Source of the DNA: Leptolyngbyaceae cyanobacterium
GTDB taxonomy: Bacteria; Cyanobacteriota; Cyanobacteriia; Phormidesmidales; Phormidesmidaceae
Assembly: GCA_050331235.1 (NCBI GenBank)
Contig: JBHJHA010000057.1
Coordinates: 1 to 49,998 of the forward strand
Direction of reading: 5' to 3'
DNA length: 49,998 nucleotides
Below the pieces are notes generated by a model. It saw only the letters and a list, made by a program, of their open reading frames with translations, did not search any database and was not told the DNA's origin. Made by a program: the position numbers and the translations under genes. Below, piece by piece: positions 1-11,103 of this stretch. Within the stretch, counting starts at the first letter, position 1; every line of letters starts with the position of its first letter.

Positions 1-147
1 GTGCTTCGACACTTAACCTCATCTGCTGATGCTGCCCTCCCATTACTGGTTGAACATTCTGAGGCGGACATCCGCTTGAACACTAGCGGGGAAAGGATTT
101 TGGAGTCCTTTCCAACTCCCCCGACCGACTTCGAGTCGCGCGCCTAA
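1..147 (+). CDS. possible 3' end of a CDS entering the window (VLRHL...DFESRA*)
   Basis: Frame 1 is open from base 1 to TAA at 145-147; no recognisable motif. Confidence 0.3.
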   Translation: MLRHLTSSADAALPLLVEHSEADIRLNTSGERILESFPTPPTDFESRA

Positions 148-436
148 CAATTTATTAGAGAGAAAATTTCCGTCTAACAAGATAGACCTTTGAAGTCATC
201 AGAACCCATGTATTGCAGGTCTGTCGATGGCTTGCAAACCCATTTCAGTCGGGACAATTATACGGAATAATCGCCCCTCTGCATTGACAATATACTGGTT
301 GAAAAGCTGCCTCAGACCAAGTAGGATGTAGATTGATTTGGTGGCTCAACAAGCATCTTTGGCTGCTGCACCCAGTCGCCCCCCGAAACCCGGCACCTTT
401 GACTAAACCCCAGCACCCTCTAGCCAATTCCAGCCG

Positions 437-1180
437 TCAACGCTCTGCAAACGCTGCCGCAAAAAACGCCACTATTTCCTGCCAGGCAGCAGCCGTTGCC
501 GCGGGGTCGTAGCGGTAGCCATCGTCTCGCATAAAAGTATGGTTGGCCTCATAGAGCAGCGTCTTGTGGGGGATGTTGGGTGCCGCGATCGCCGTCAAAA
601 TTTTCTCTCGACCTTCTGGCGGCACATGGGGATCTAGCGTGCCAAAAATGGTTAATAGCCGCCCCGTCACCTCACCGACTCGCTGCAGTGTATCTGCCGT
701 ACCCCTTCCCAGCTTGCCGGTTTGTAAACCCGTGGGGTAGCAGCAGGCCGCCGCCCGAATCTGAGGAGACAGCGCCGCCCGCAAAGCCAGGTGCCCACCG
801 ATACAAAATCCCAGGGTGCCAAGCTGACCCTGAGCTACCCCGTCGTGAAACGAGAGCCAGTTCACCAAGGTGATCGCGTCGGCATCATAATCGGCGATCG
901 CCGTGCGGCGCGCCGCATCATTACCCCGCAGCCGCCCGATCTCATCGGGGTCAATCACAGTTCCGATGGGCTCCAGCCGGTGAAAAATTTCTGGAGCAGC
1001 GACGACATAGCCATACCCCGCGAGGCGATCAGCCAGGCGCGTGATAGGGCCCCCCAACTGATAAATATCGGAGTAAAACAAAATGCCGGGGTACTGTCCC
1101 GACGGTTCAGGACTCGCTACATACACGCGCATCAAACTGTCGTCAACCGTCAATCCCACCGTTTGCCGTTTGATCTGCAT
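437..1180 (-). CDS. dienelactone hydrolase family protein
   Basis: GFCIGG nucleophile motif, GTLDPHVP and ANHTFMRD motifs. ATG at 1180 has GGAG upstream (the ORF track extends to 1228). Confidence 0.9.
   Translation of the reverse strand: MQIKRQTVGLTVDDSLMRVYVASPEPSGQYPGILFYSDIYQLGGPITRLADRLAGYGYVVAAPEIFHRLEPIGTVIDPDEIGRLRGNDAARRTAIADYDADAITLVNWLSFHDGVAQGQLGTLGFCIGGHLALRAALSPQIRAAACCYPTGLQTGKLGRGTADTLQRVGEVTGRLLTIFGTLDPHVPPEGREKILTAIAAPNIPHKTLLYEANHTFMRDDGYRYDPAATAAAWQEIVAFFAAAFAER
894..901. repeat. HIP1 octamer GCGATCGC (one example; dozens of copies across the window, e.g. also 1417-1424)
   Basis: Seen repeatedly in coding and intergenic DNA; HIP1 over-representation is an established cyanobacterial trait. 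Copies were not counted exactly. Confidence 0.95.
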
Positions 1181-1230
1181 GGCTCCCCCCACTCTGCAAC
1201 TGTTGATCACTGCCGGCGTCGAAATCACAC

Positions 1231-2325
1231 CTACGGTTTAGGCGGCTCGCCCCAACGCACAAAGTGTAAACCGCTATAGAGGTGAAACGCGGCATCCCAA
1301 TTACTCTCTTTAGCGCGGGCCAAATCTAGATGAGGGTTGAGCGGGGGCATCAGGTCGATGAACTCGATTGCTGTCTCCGCAAACGCCGTAAAGCCATTTT
1401 GGACTGGCCCAGCCACGCGATCGCTCAAATATTGCACCAGGGCTTGCCACTGGGGACGCATGGCAATGCCTTTGTCAGGAATGGTATCGGCATTGGGTAA
1501 CGGATTGCCCTGACGAAAATCGTAGGTGCGATCGCATAACCGCAGGACACAGCGCCGGGAATGACAGTGCAAATCCACAATTTCGGCATAGTCCTGGGTT
1601 TTTTCGGCGCGCTTGAGCTGACGCCAGGCCCCCGTATCCACCACTGACTCATACAGCGGCACCTGCCCTAACACGATTTGGGACACCTCTGACCATTGAA
1701 AGGCGATCGCCCCGGCTTGCCCATCAGCATTGAGGCAGACCACCTCGGCACTGGGGTGCACCTGACGAAAATATTGCACCCGAAACGTTTGCAGCGTCTT
1801 GATATCGGCCTGCTTTACCCAGAAGGCTGGAGTTTGAGCGGCACTCAGAGCCTGGCTGTAATATTGCAAATCCCCCACTGGCCCGACCCGATAGAGCCGC
1901 CAACTCCGACTGGGAATTTGCAGCCGCGCCATATACGGATCAATTTCCATCACTTTGGCTAGCCCCTGCGCTGCCGCCTGCCGCTGCTCCCCCTGCACGG
2001 GTTCCAGACACATCCAACCGGGTGTTTGCCCCTCGGGCTGCGATCGCGCCGCCGCCAACGCACTAGCTTTGACTTGCTCAAGGTGAGTCTGCACCCGCTG
2101 AATACCTTGCCGCGCCTGGGAAATCAGCTTGGCACTCGTAACCTGACGCAGCAGCTTGAGGTAAGTTCTTTCGGCTTGTTCCCAGCGGCCGATCGCCGCT
2201 TGGTAGTGACCCACCATGAGCAGCAGCTTAGGGTCGTTGGCGTCTTTTTGCTGCCACTGCTGCAGGAGTGTAGCAGCCGTGCGAAAGTCTTGTTTTTCTA
2301 GGGCTACGGCGATCGCCTCTTGCAT
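1231..2325 (-). CDS. tetratricopeptide-repeat-containing conserved cyanobacterial protein
   Basis: N-terminal TPR-like helices (WEQAERTYLKLLRQ...SQARQGIQR). Start at MQEAIA is inferred; the ORF is open to 2406. Confidence 0.7.
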   Translation of the reverse strand: MQEAIAVALEKQDFRTAATLLQQWQQKDANDPKLLLMVGHYQAAIGRWEQAERTYLKLLRQVTSAKLISQARQGIQRVQTHLEQVKASALAAARSQPEGQTPGWMCLEPVQGEQRQAAAQGLAKVMEIDPYMARLQIPSRSWRLYRVGPVGDLQYYSQALSAAQTPAFWVKQADIKTLQTFRVQYFRQVHPSAEVVCLNADGQAGAIAFQWSEVSQIVLGQVPLYESVVDTGAWRQLKRAEKTQDYAEIVDLHCHSRRCVLRLCDRTYDFRQGNPLPNADTIPDKGIAMRPQWQALVQYLSDRVAGPVQNGFTAFAETAIEFIDLMPPLNPHLDLARAKESNWDAAFHLYSGLHFVRWGEPPKP

Positions 2326-2597
2326 CACAAGCCTGATTCCCTCGATGAATGGCTCCATTTTAAGCAACCCCAGCGGCGAATGCGCAGGAGCGCACCCGGT
2401 TCCCATGGGAACGCCGCCACCGATTGTCGGGGGTAGGCGGCAAGAGGATAGGGGTCAGGCTAAAAGGATTAGGAGCAGCATGGCACAGGGCTGGGAGGAA
2501 GCCGGCTCCATCTATTCATCTACACCTCATCTACTCTATTGATCTCAGGCTAGATCGAGTGCGCTATTAGCGCCCCTAGTTCTGTGAATATTATTGT

Positions 2598-3893
2598 CTA
2601 CAGCAGCCGCAACTGCTTAGCGGCGGCGTCCTCTGGTTCCTCGGTCATAGCAGGGCTCGCTTCGTACGGTTGCTCAAACGGCGTATCGGCCACTAGCGCT
2701 TGAGCCGCAGCGGTCATATCGGCAGCGAGCTCGGCGAGATCTTCTCGATTTTCCAGATAGGTTTGTAGGGCTGCTAACGGGTCCAGACCTTGCCCAGGGG
2801 TGAGCTCAGGGAGCCGCGATCGCGACTTTGGGGTCATCATTTGCGGATGGATGGTGTAAGTGTGAGCGGCCACCAGCGCGTCATACAACTGAGCATGGTC
2901 AATTTCATCCATCTGATCTGGCCGGACACTGTAAATTAGCCGTACCACCGCGTCCTCAACCTCATATTTGGCAATGGCTCTTAAGAGGGCCGCTTGGGGG
3001 CGATTGCGGTCCGTCAAATCCACTTTGATAGTGACAAATGCTCGCACCGGTAACGGGCAGAATTCAACGGTGGTCTGCTCTTTCGTCACGTCCGCCCAGA
3101 CATAGCCCTTCGGTTCCTCGGCCTCGCTAAAGTCAACCCGTTCAATACTGCCGGGATACACCACCGGTGGCGACTCACAGAGGATTTGATGGCGATGAAC
3201 ATGGCCTAACGCAACATAGTCAAAACAGGGCCGGGTCAACAGCGCCATCGGCACATTAAAACCACGACCCACCGCCAGAAACCGTTCAGCGCCAAAGGTC
3301 GCCGTGTCCGTCATCAGATGCGCCAGCAAAATCGTGGGGAGGTCTGGGTCGAGCCGCCGAATTTCGCCCTCCAATGCAACCCGCAACCGCTCTAAAAGCT
3401 GCTCGTTCACCGCCGCCATGGAGAGTCCTGCCATCTCAGGACGGGTCAGCAGCACCGAGGGGGTCAACCACGGCAGAGTCACGATTTGGATCGGACCACT
3501 AGCGGTGGTCAGACGGTGGGTGGCTAAGCGATCGCCCACCACGATGCCCGGCACCCCCAACGTGCGATAAATACACAGGCTCGCGCCCCCTTGCCCCTGG
3601 GCATGTTGATCATGGTTGCCTACCAGCAATACGGTAGGAATGCCCGCATCCGCTAACCGTCGAAACTGACCGGCAAAGGCTTGCTGCACTAAAGGTGGGG
3701 GCGTTGCATCGGGGAAGGCATCTCCACCAAACAACACCAGGTCAGCTGGCTCCGCGATCGCTCGGTCAATGCAGCAACTGAGCGTCGCCACAAAATCTTC
3801 CAGTCGCGTATTCATGCCGGTATCGGGGTTGAGTCGGCCATAGGCAAAGCCGCTACCCATGTGAATATCCGACAAATGCAGTACCGTTACCAT
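2598..3893 (-). CDS. sbcD: exonuclease SbcCD subunit D (Mre11-like metallophosphoesterase)
   Basis: HLSDIHMG, GGDAF, GNHD, ALGHVH and YPGSIERVDFSE motifs. Confidence 0.93.
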   Translation of the reverse strand: MVTVLHLSDIHMGSGFAYGRLNPDTGMNTRLEDFVATLSCCIDRAIAEPADLVLFGGDAFPDATPPPLVQQAFAGQFRRLADAGIPTVLLVGNHDQHAQGQGGASLCIYRTLGVPGIVVGDRLATHRLTTASGPIQIVTLPWLTPSVLLTRPEMAGLSMAAVNEQLLERLRVALEGEIRRLDPDLPTILLAHLMTDTATFGAERFLAVGRGFNVPMALLTRPCFDYVALGHVHRHQILCESPPVVYPGSIERVDFSEAEEPKGYVWADVTKEQTTVEFCPLPVRAFVTIKVDLTDRNRPQAALLRAIAKYEVEDAVVRLIYSVRPDQMDEIDHAQLYDALVAAHTYTIHPQMMTPKSRSRLPELTPGQGLDPLAALQTYLENREDLAELAADMTAAAQALVADTPFEQPYEASPAMTEEPEDAAAKQLRLL

Positions 3894-4033
3894 CGGCGAA
3901 CCTCAGAAGTACACATGCACTCCCAAGTGTACTCATTCCTGACCAAACGGCGGCCCTGATTCAGCCAGTCGAATGCCCAATCCAACAGTAGGATGGATGC
4001 AGTGAAGAATTTTGGTCATTCGCGCAACCCGTT

Positions 4034-5146
4034 ATGAAGTCGCTGATTTCGGTTGATATTCCGCAAAATCCCTACGACGTGGTGATCGCACCGGATGCGA
4101 TCGATCATGTGGGCGCTTGGCTCACCCAACCCGATCGGCCTTTGGTGAAAGCTGGACAAAAGCTGCTGGTCGTCTCCAACCCAGTTATTTTTCGACAGTA
4201 TGGCGATCGCCTGGTGCAGTCTTTGGCCACGGTCGGCTATCAAGTCAGCACTTGCATCTTGCCCGCTGGGGAGCGCTACAAAACCCTGCGATCGATTCAA
4301 AAGATTCACGATGCGGCCTACGACGCGAAGCTCGAGCGCAAATCTGCCATGGTGGCCTTGGGCGGTGGCGTCATCGGCGATATGACCGGCTTTGCAGCCG
4401 CAACCTGGCTGCGGGGCATTAGCGTCGTGCAGGTGCCCACCTCATTGTTAGCAATGGTAGATGCCTCCATCGGGGGCAAAACCGGCGTCAATCATCCCCA
4501 GGGCAAAAACCTGATTGGGGCATTTCATCAGCCCCGTCTCGTGGTCATCGACCCTAAGGTGCTACACACCCTACCGCCCCGGGAGTTTCGCGCCGGTATG
4601 GCCGAGGTGATTAAGTACGGCGTCATTTGGGATGCGGAGCTATTCACCGCGTTAGAACAGGCGGCGCGGCTCGACCAGTATCGTCAGCTTGGCGACGATC
4701 TGTTGCAAACCATCCTGACGCGCTCTTGCCAAGCCAAAGCTGAGGTCGTCGCCCAAGATGAAAAGGAGTCAGGATTGCGGGCCATCCTCAACTATGGACA
4801 CACCATTGGCCATGCGGTAGAGAGCGCCACCGGCTACCGCATCGTTAACCACGGTGAAGCCGTCGCCATTGGCATGGTGGCTGCGGGCAAATTAGCGACG
4901 GCTTTGGCGCTCTGGTCAAGTGATGCCGAGCAGCGACAAAACGCCCTCGTCACGAAAACGCATTTGCCCACAGCGATTCCTCAGCAGGCCGAACCAGAGG
5001 CCCTCATTGCTCTACTCCAGGGTGACAAAAAGGTTGAAGATGGACGGGTGCGATTTATTTTACCGAGGGCGATCGCCGACGTTTTCATTACGGACCAAGT
5101 CACCAACAACGATATTCGCCCGGTGTTAGCGGCAATGACGGCATAG
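4034..5146 (+). CDS. aroB: 3-dehydroquinate synthase
   Basis: [44 protein letters not shown] and HGEAV motifs. Confidence 0.97.
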   Translation: MKSLISVDIPQNPYDVVIAPDAIDHVGAWLTQPDRPLVKAGQKLLVVSNPVIFRQYGDRLVQSLATVGYQVSTCILPAGERYKTLRSIQKIHDAAYDAKLERKSAMVALGGGVIGDMTGFAAATWLRGISVVQVPTSLLAMVDASIGGKTGVNHPQGKNLIGAFHQPRLVVIDPKVLHTLPPREFRAGMAEVIKYGVIWDAELFTALEQAARLDQYRQLGDDLLQTILTRSCQAKAEVVAQDEKESGLRAILNYGHTIGHAVESATGYRIVNHGEAVAIGMVAAGKLATALALWSSDAEQRQNALVTKTHLPTAIPQQAEPEALIALLQGDKKVEDGRVRFILPRAIADVFITDQVTNNDIRPVLAAMTA

Positions 5147-5241
5147 GCTCGCTGCCTGCTGACCCCAGGATTATCACTGTCCGTTCAGCAAATCACCCCC
5201 CGAATCATCTTTCTCTGTTGTCTTTACCGGTATCTAGATTT

Positions 5242-5880
5242 ATGCAACTCCAAGACCGTAACACCACGCCCCGTCAAGCCTTAACCCTGCCGGAGCGCAC
5301 GGCAACCGTCAGCCGCACCACGGGGGAAACTGATGTGCAGGTCACGATCAACATCAACGGTACCGGCCGGTGCGATGCCCATACCGGCATTCCGTTTTTA
5401 GACCATATGCTGCATCAGATTGCATCCCACGGACTGTTTGATCTCACCGTACAGGCCAAGGGCGATATTGAAATTGACGATCACCACACCAACGAGGATG
5501 TGGGCATTACCCTGGGAATGGCGCTGAAACAGGCGCTGGGCGATCGCAAGGGCATCATGCGCTTTGGTCACTTTGTAGCACCGCTGGATGAGTCCCTAGT
5601 CCAGGTTGCCCTTGACTTTTCCGGTCGGCCGCACCTGAGCTATGGCCTCGACATCCCTACCCAGCGCGTCGGCAGCTACGACACCCAGTTGGTACGGGAG
5701 TTTTTTGTAGCGGTGGTCAACCACAGTCAAATGACACTGCACATCCGCCAGCTCGACGGTATCAACTCTCACCACATCATTGAGGCGACCTTCAAAGCTT
5801 TTGCCCGCGCCATGCGAATGGCCACGGAAGTCGATCCTCGGCGGGCTAGCCAAATTCCCAGCTCCAAGGGTGTCCTCTAG
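5242..5880 (+). CDS. hisB: imidazoleglycerol-phosphate dehydratase
   Basis: [24 protein letters not shown] and PSSKGVL motifs; ATG at 5242 chosen. Confidence 0.97.
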   Translation: MQLQDRNTTPRQALTLPERTATVSRTTGETDVQVTININGTGRCDAHTGIPFLDHMLHQIASHGLFDLTVQAKGDIEIDDHHTNEDVGITLGMALKQALGDRKGIMRFGHFVAPLDESLVQVALDFSGRPHLSYGLDIPTQRVGSYDTQLVREFFVAVVNHSQMTLHIRQLDGINSHHIIEATFKAFARAMRMATEVDPRRASQIPSSKGVL

Positions 5881-5927
5881 CACCGGATCCCAGCCTACCT
5901 CGGCATGGACCAGGCCGATGTCAAGGG

Positions 5928-6842
5928 TTACAGTTGCGCCAGGGGTTGAACGCCCAAGTAGCCTTGGAGCACCAGCGCTAAGACCTTTTGAGCTGACTGA
6001 ATCGTGGCCGTTGCTGCTAGCAGCCCGCGATCGCTCCTATCGGCCCGCCAAAATTCAGCCATGCGAGCATCCAACTCATAAATGGTCTCGGCGAGGGTAT
6101 AGGCCTGCCGGACACAAGCCCCTGGTTGGTCGGCCCGGACAGCGATCTGATCGAGGCTTTCGATGCTCCTCAACAGCAGTGGCAGGATGAGCGCCGCCTT
6201 TGCAGTTTGCAGCTCCTGGGCGATCGCAGCAGCGCAGTCATCGGTCTCTGTAGCCGGCTCGGGCCACCGCTGCAGCCAGGTATGGCAGCGCGCATGGGCC
6301 CACTGCAGCACCATATAGACAGACAATCCGAGGCGATCGCCCAGCGGCCAAGTCCGGTCTCTGAGGTCCGCCCATCTGGCAGCGGCTGCAGTGCCTGGCC
6401 TAGGGGGCAATTCGCACGCTAGCCAATCTTGCTGCCAAGCCGCCAGCCCCGTGACCGAGAGCTTCAAGACCAGTCTGGCTGACGCAGTCACCTGACCTTG
6501 CAGCTCGGCCATGATTGTTGATTTAGGCACTGGATATCCCGTTGAGTTGCCCGACAAAAGAGTGATCGCATCCGCTAACTGATGCGCTAAAGTGGCGGCA
6601 GCTTGCGGCGAAGATCCTGTCAGTTGATGGGCGATCGCGGATTCGTACTGACCAGCTCCCGTTGGAGACGGCATTAGGCGACTCAACGAGATCGACCTGG
6701 CGTCAGCGATCGGCGACCAACCTTGGTCACACAGAAGTTGCAATAGTAACTTTTGCAACAGTGATCTGAGTGAAACTGTCACTAGCCAGGAACTAAATGA
6801 CGACGGAGCAGTCATAAATGTTGAAAGAAGAGCATGTTGCAT
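5928..6842 (-). CDS. stand-alone DALR anticodon-binding-domain-like protein (divergent)
   Basis: LQWAHARCH resembles the ArgRS DALR QYAHARC motif, and the C-terminal GYLGVQPLAQL resembles the DALR end. Divergent from the CRP-family gene; start uncertain. Confidence 0.6.
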   Translation of the reverse strand: MQHALLSTFMTAPSSFSSWLVTVSLRSLLQKLLLQLLCDQGWSPIADARSISLSRLMPSPTGAGQYESAIAHQLTGSSPQAAATLAHQLADAITLLSGNSTGYPVPKSTIMAELQGQVTASARLVLKLSVTGLAAWQQDWLACELPPRPGTAAAARWADLRDRTWPLGDRLGLSVYMVLQWAHARCHTWLQRWPEPATETDDCAAAIAQELQTAKAALILPLLLRSIESLDQIAVRADQPGACVRQAYTLAETIYELDARMAEFWRADRSDRGLLAATATIQSAQKVLALVLQGYLGVQPLAQL

Positions 6843-6968
6843 CCTCGACGACGGTATCTTTAAAGACTATCGGTGGCCAAGCCATATGAATTGAAACCAA
6901 GCTGGGAGCGACGCCCCGGTCGAAAACTCACTTACTAGCAATAGTACGTAGAGTTTGTTTTAATATGA

Positions 6969-6983
6969 TGTAAATCACTTACA
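6969..6983. promoter_or_regulatory. palindrome TGTAA-N5-TTACA (TGT-N9-ACA), candidate CRP/NtcA/DevH-family site
   Basis: Perfect 5-bp inverted repeat about 150 bp upstream of the devH-like gene; one base shorter than canonical NtcA GTA-N8-TAC. Confidence 0.4.
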
Positions 6984-7132
6984 AACTTTTCCGTAAATAC
7001 TCTGTCGAATCGCTTTAAATTGCTCCGGACCCCTTCGAGGATAGCTGTGTAGGTTAATAGAGCGGGCTCAACGCTATCCGGCCCGCCCAGCGCGAGTCTC
7101 CAAGGTTATCAACCCTCAACCTCCCAAGCGTT

Positions 7133-7849
7133 ATGTACCCAACATCACCGGCCAATCAAGCGCGCCCTTTTCTCACCTGGCAGAGAATTTCAGATTGGGC
7201 CCAAGAGCATTATCGTTGCCGTACGTTCGTTAAAGACGAGCGCATTCCCTCGCGTCCGGGTTTGCTTTACCTAGTCCAGAGAGGTGCTGTGCGGCTCACA
7301 GGCAGCGCGCAGTTGAGCGTTGAGGTTGCCACCGACGAAGAAGAAACCGCTTCTACCCCACTCATGGCCCACGACGAGGAGGCTTTTCTCGGCTTTGTCG
7401 GGCCAGGACAACCCTTTGAGATCATTGCCCAGTCACCTTTTTCGCTTCAGAGTTTTGCCCATGTTGACCAAACTGCAGTCATTTGGCTGTACTGGCATGA
7501 TCTGGATAATTGGCCTCATTTCCGCCGCGAAGTGCTCGAAGCGTTTCGTCACCAACACCAACGGAAGCTGCTGTGGCTAAGCACACTGGGGCAGCGCCGG
7601 ACCATTGACCGTCTCATCGGCTTTTTGACGCTCTTAATTGAGGAGTTCGGCGAATCGTCCGCCGAAGGTTATTACCTGCCTTTTCCTCTAACCCATGCAC
7701 AAATTGGCAGTGCCATTGGCTCGACCCGCGTCACCGTCACTCGACTGATGGGCAAACTGCGACAGCAGGGCGTGTTGACCACGCAGGGCGACGGTCTGAT
7801 TTGCTTACGGGGCAGTAGCGACGCGATATCCCTGGGCAAAGAAGCCTAG
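7133..7849 (+). CDS. devH: Crp/Fnr-family transcriptional regulator, DevH-like
   Basis: RPFLTWQRISDWAQEHYRCRTF, WHDLDNWPHFRREV and the HTH LTHAQIGSAIGSTRVTVTRLMG closely match Anabaena DevH as I recall it. Confidence 0.85.
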   Translation: MYPTSPANQARPFLTWQRISDWAQEHYRCRTFVKDERIPSRPGLLYLVQRGAVRLTGSAQLSVEVATDEEETASTPLMAHDEEAFLGFVGPGQPFEIIAQSPFSLQSFAHVDQTAVIWLYWHDLDNWPHFRREVLEAFRHQHQRKLLWLSTLGQRRTIDRLIGFLTLLIEEFGESSAEGYYLPFPLTHAQIGSAIGSTRVTVTRLMGKLRQQGVLTTQGDGLICLRGSSDAISLGKEA

Positions 7850-8101
7850 AGATTTATTCAGTCTTGTCTTTGCAAGCAGTGAGGGAAAAGCTTGAAGACC
7901 TCATGTCACTTTGGGCTGGGGACTATAGGATAGAGATTCATCGGGACAGCAACACCACCGTTTCCGCTGACTCGTCGTTGCCAATGCTGGCGCTCCCGCC
8001 CCCAGAGGCTTTCGCCACTTCTGGTTGGTATCGACGAGGCTCGTAACTTTGAGGGAAAGGTCTGCTGACGTCTCGTTTATATGCAGGCAGGTAGTGCGAT
8101 C

Positions 8102-9184
8102 GTGAAGTTTGTCGATTTAGCAGAAGTCGCTGTTTTGGGCGGCAAGGGGGGCGACGGAATGGTGTCCTTCCGGCGGGAAAAGTACGTGCCCGCAGGGGGC
8201 CCTTCCGGCGGCAATGGCGGCAATGGCGGTTCAGTTTATCTCATCGCAGATCCCAACCTGCAAACTCTCCTCGACTTTCGGTTTGCCCACGAGTTCAAAG
8301 CCAAGCCTGGGTCCCGGGGAGGACCTAGCAATCGGACAGGGGCCACCGGTGACGATCGCTATATTGAGGTGCCCTGTGGGACAACGGTATATGACGCTGA
8401 CACGGACGAGCTGTTGGGAGATCTCGTTCGCCCCCAGCAAACCCTCTGCGTTGCCGCTGGGGGCAAGGGGGGTTTAGGCAACCGCCATTTTCTCAGCAAT
8501 CGCAATCGCGCTCCCGAGTACGCCCTACCCGGCTTAGACGGTGAGGCCCGGCGCATTCGCCTAGAGCTAAAGCTACTGGCCGAGGTAGGCATCATTGGTC
8601 TGCCCAATGCCGGCAAGTCCACCTTGATTTCGGCGCTGTCCGCTGCCCGACCTAAAGTTGCAAACTACCCCTTTACGACACTGGTGCCGAATTTGGGCGT
8701 CGTCCGCAAACCGACAGGCGATGGTACAGTGTTTGCCGACATTCCAGGGTTGATTGAGGGAGCCCATGTCGGTTTGGGTCTGGGCCATGAGTTTTTGCGT
8801 CACATCGAGCGGACCCGTTTGCTATTGCACTTAGTCGACGCCACCGCCCCAGACCCGTTAGCGGACTATCGCACGATTCAACAGGAACTGATGGCCTATG
8901 GCCATGGGCTCAGCGATCGCCCGCAATTTCTGGCCTTAAACAAAATTGATGCCATGTCAGCCGAAGATGCGCAAGTACTCATTGACATGATGGCCGAAGC
9001 AACCGGCAAAACCGTGTTTGGCATTTCAGCTGTGACCGGTCAAAACCTTGACGATTTATTGCAGGTGATTTGGGCCAAATTAGACGAGCTGGCCCCAGCA
9101 GAACCCGAACTAGAACCCGAACCGAAACTAGAGACTAGCACCCAACCCAGCGAGTCCACTCAGTCTGAAGTCTCGAGCCGCTGA
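8102..9184 (+). CDS. obgE: GTPase ObgE/CgtA
   Basis: Gly-rich Obg fold ([18 protein letters not shown]), [18 protein letters not shown] and NKID motifs; GTG start at 8102 inferred. Confidence 0.97.
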   Translation: MKFVDLAEVAVLGGKGGDGMVSFRREKYVPAGGPSGGNGGNGGSVYLIADPNLQTLLDFRFAHEFKAKPGSRGGPSNRTGATGDDRYIEVPCGTTVYDADTDELLGDLVRPQQTLCVAAGGKGGLGNRHFLSNRNRAPEYALPGLDGEARRIRLELKLLAEVGIIGLPNAGKSTLISALSAARPKVANYPFTTLVPNLGVVRKPTGDGTVFADIPGLIEGAHVGLGLGHEFLRHIERTRLLLHLVDATAPDPLADYRTIQQELMAYGHGLSDRPQFLALNKIDAMSAEDAQVLIDMMAEATGKTVFGISAVTGQNLDDLLQVIWAKLDELAPAEPELEPEPKLETSTQPSESTQSEVSSR

Positions 9185-9278
9185 TCGCAATTAGGAAACT
9201 CCTGGGACAAATTTACGTCGATCACTTCGAGCACATTAAAGAGCACAGAGCGCGATCGCACAAGGAGAGACAGCAATC

Positions 9279-9983
9279 ATGGTGAATCAATGGCAACGAT
9301 GGGTGGCAGCCAGTTTGAGCTGCGGATTGGCCTGCGCCGGGATTGTGAGCCAACCGGTACTGGCCCAAAGCGAGACGCAGACTGAACCCACCGAAGACTC
9401 CACAACCGAAGACGTCAGTCTGCCCGAAACACCGGCAGATGACGAAATACGCTTTACCTGTGAGCTGCAAAACGGTCAACCCACCGTGATGTACGCGCCG
9501 ATTAGCCAGCCAGGCAACCAATATGCTTGGGCCACCCCCGACGACATGGGCAGCGCTTGGCCCGCCGAGCGTCGGTGCGCCGAGATTAGCCGCCGCCTCG
9601 AAACCTATCGTCCCGATGGCTTGCTTGAGCTGCAAACTGGTCGCGAAAACGGCTACAACACAGTCTGCGTCACCACCGAAGCCGATGCAAGCTGCCGCAT
9701 CGTTTTTACCGTGCCGGCCGGGCAGGACCCGACACTGACTCGCGATCGCGTGTTTGACAATCTGGTGCTGGCCGATCAGGGGCAAACTACCCAGGGCGTC
9801 AACACCTTGGTCGAAGGGGACAACCTGCTTGATGGCCTCAGCGAGACATTAGGCTTTCCAGGGAATCAGTCATTGCATACCGGCGGTATCAACCTCCAGC
9901 CATTTTTGGACGCTGCCGACGGTGGTACCGGTACGCAGCTCGACGCCAGCAATGGCCTGCAGCTCAATCCAGATAACTTCTAA
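9279..9983 (+). CDS. COP23 (circadian oscillating protein) domain secreted protein
   Basis: Signal peptide; RFTC, WPAERRCAEISRRLE, GRENGYNTVCV and CRIVFT pattern. Confidence 0.8.
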   Translation: MVNQWQRWVAASLSCGLACAGIVSQPVLAQSETQTEPTEDSTTEDVSLPETPADDEIRFTCELQNGQPTVMYAPISQPGNQYAWATPDDMGSAWPAERRCAEISRRLETYRPDGLLELQTGRENGYNTVCVTTEADASCRIVFTVPAGQDPTLTRDRVFDNLVLADQGQTTQGVNTLVEGDNLLDGLSETLGFPGNQSLHTGGINLQPFLDAADGGTGTQLDASNGLQLNPDNF

Positions 9984-10036
9984 GCTCGTCCCGCGATCGC
10001 GTAGGATCGAGGTCGATGTGTTGAAGGATTGCTCCC

Positions 10037-11011
10037 ATGACGGCAACGAGTCCCCAAAAACCTGCCTGGGCAGGGGATGATTGGCTCGCCAAACTGGTGA
10101 ATCGGCTGATTCAGACGAAACCGCTGTATGCCCTAATGAAGCGGCAAGCGCGACAGGTGCTGATCAAAACCGCCGAGCAAAATGGGATTCCCTGGCGCGA
10201 AACCTACGAACAGTATCAGGCGTCCAACGTGGCGGCACGGCTGCCGGCCATTCAAAATCCAGCGATCGCCTATCCGGCTTACTACCAAGTGCCCTTTCAC
10301 GCCTATGATGCAGGCAATCTCTGTTGGCAGGCGGCCTTTGAGGCAGAGTCCGCCACTCACTCAATGGCCTTACGCATTTGGCCCGATGAAAATCTGACCT
10401 GGCAGACTGCCCAAGCCCGGCTAAGAGCCAGTTTTCATCAAGTGTTAGACACTTACCTAACGACACCGGTGGCGGATGCCCTCGATGTCGGCTGCTCAGT
10501 GGGCATCTCGACTCAGTTTCTCCATCGCTTTCTCCAGCAGCGATCGCCGACCGTAAGCACTACCGGGCTAGATTTGTCACCCTACATGCTGGCAGTTGCC
10601 CAAGAGCGGGACGCCACTGGTGAGATTGCTGCCTGGCTCCATGCTCCAGCAGAAAATACCGGACTACCGGCTGCGGCATTTGACCTGATCACGCTGCAGT
10701 TCGTCGCCCATGAGCTCCCCCGCACCGCGAGCCTGGCGATCTTTCAGGAAGCAAGGCGATTACTGCGTCCGGGGGGCACCCTGGCGATCGTGGACAATAA
10801 TCCCCGTTCTACCGTCATCCAAACTCTCCCCCCAGTCATTTTCACCCTGATGAAAAGCACAGAGCCGTGGAGCGACGATTACTATACCTTTGACCTGGAG
10901 GGGGCCTTAGGAGACTGTGGCTATGCAGGAATCGCCACCCACGAGACCGATCCCCGCCACCGCACGATCTTGGCCCGCAAGCCCAGTCAGTCAGGCACTG
11001 GAGCATCTTAG
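10037..11011 (+). CDS. class I SAM-dependent methyltransferase
   Basis: LDVGCSVGIST, GLDLSPYML and RLLRPGG motifs. Confidence 0.9.
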   Translation: MTATSPQKPAWAGDDWLAKLVNRLIQTKPLYALMKRQARQVLIKTAEQNGIPWRETYEQYQASNVAARLPAIQNPAIAYPAYYQVPFHAYDAGNLCWQAAFEAESATHSMALRIWPDENLTWQTAQARLRASFHQVLDTYLTTPVADALDVGCSVGISTQFLHRFLQQRSPTVSTTGLDLSPYMLAVAQERDATGEIAAWLHAPAENTGLPAAAFDLITLQFVAHELPRTASLAIFQEARRLLRPGGTLAIVDNNPRSTVIQTLPPVIFTLMKSTEPWSDDYYTFDLEGALGDCGYAGIATHETDPRHRTILARKPSQSGTGAS

Positions 11012-11103
11012 GTCGGGGTTGGCAAATGGATACAGTGGCCGTTGAGTCGGAAGAGGCTAGAAAGGCGTCAGGCAAAGCTTGCCAAAACACGCTTTGCCTA
11101 TCG

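Noticed and set aside
2598..3893. sbcD without an adjacent sbcC
   Set aside because: The two genes are commonly unlinked in cyanobacteria, so this is not unusual.
7864..8046. 60-aa ORF between devH and obgE
   Set aside because: TTG start, no recognisable motif; more likely promoter or UTR sequence.
9101..9135. GAACCCGAACTA-like short repeats at the obgE 3' end
   Set aside because: Low-complexity EPELEPEP tail; not a functional DNA repeat.
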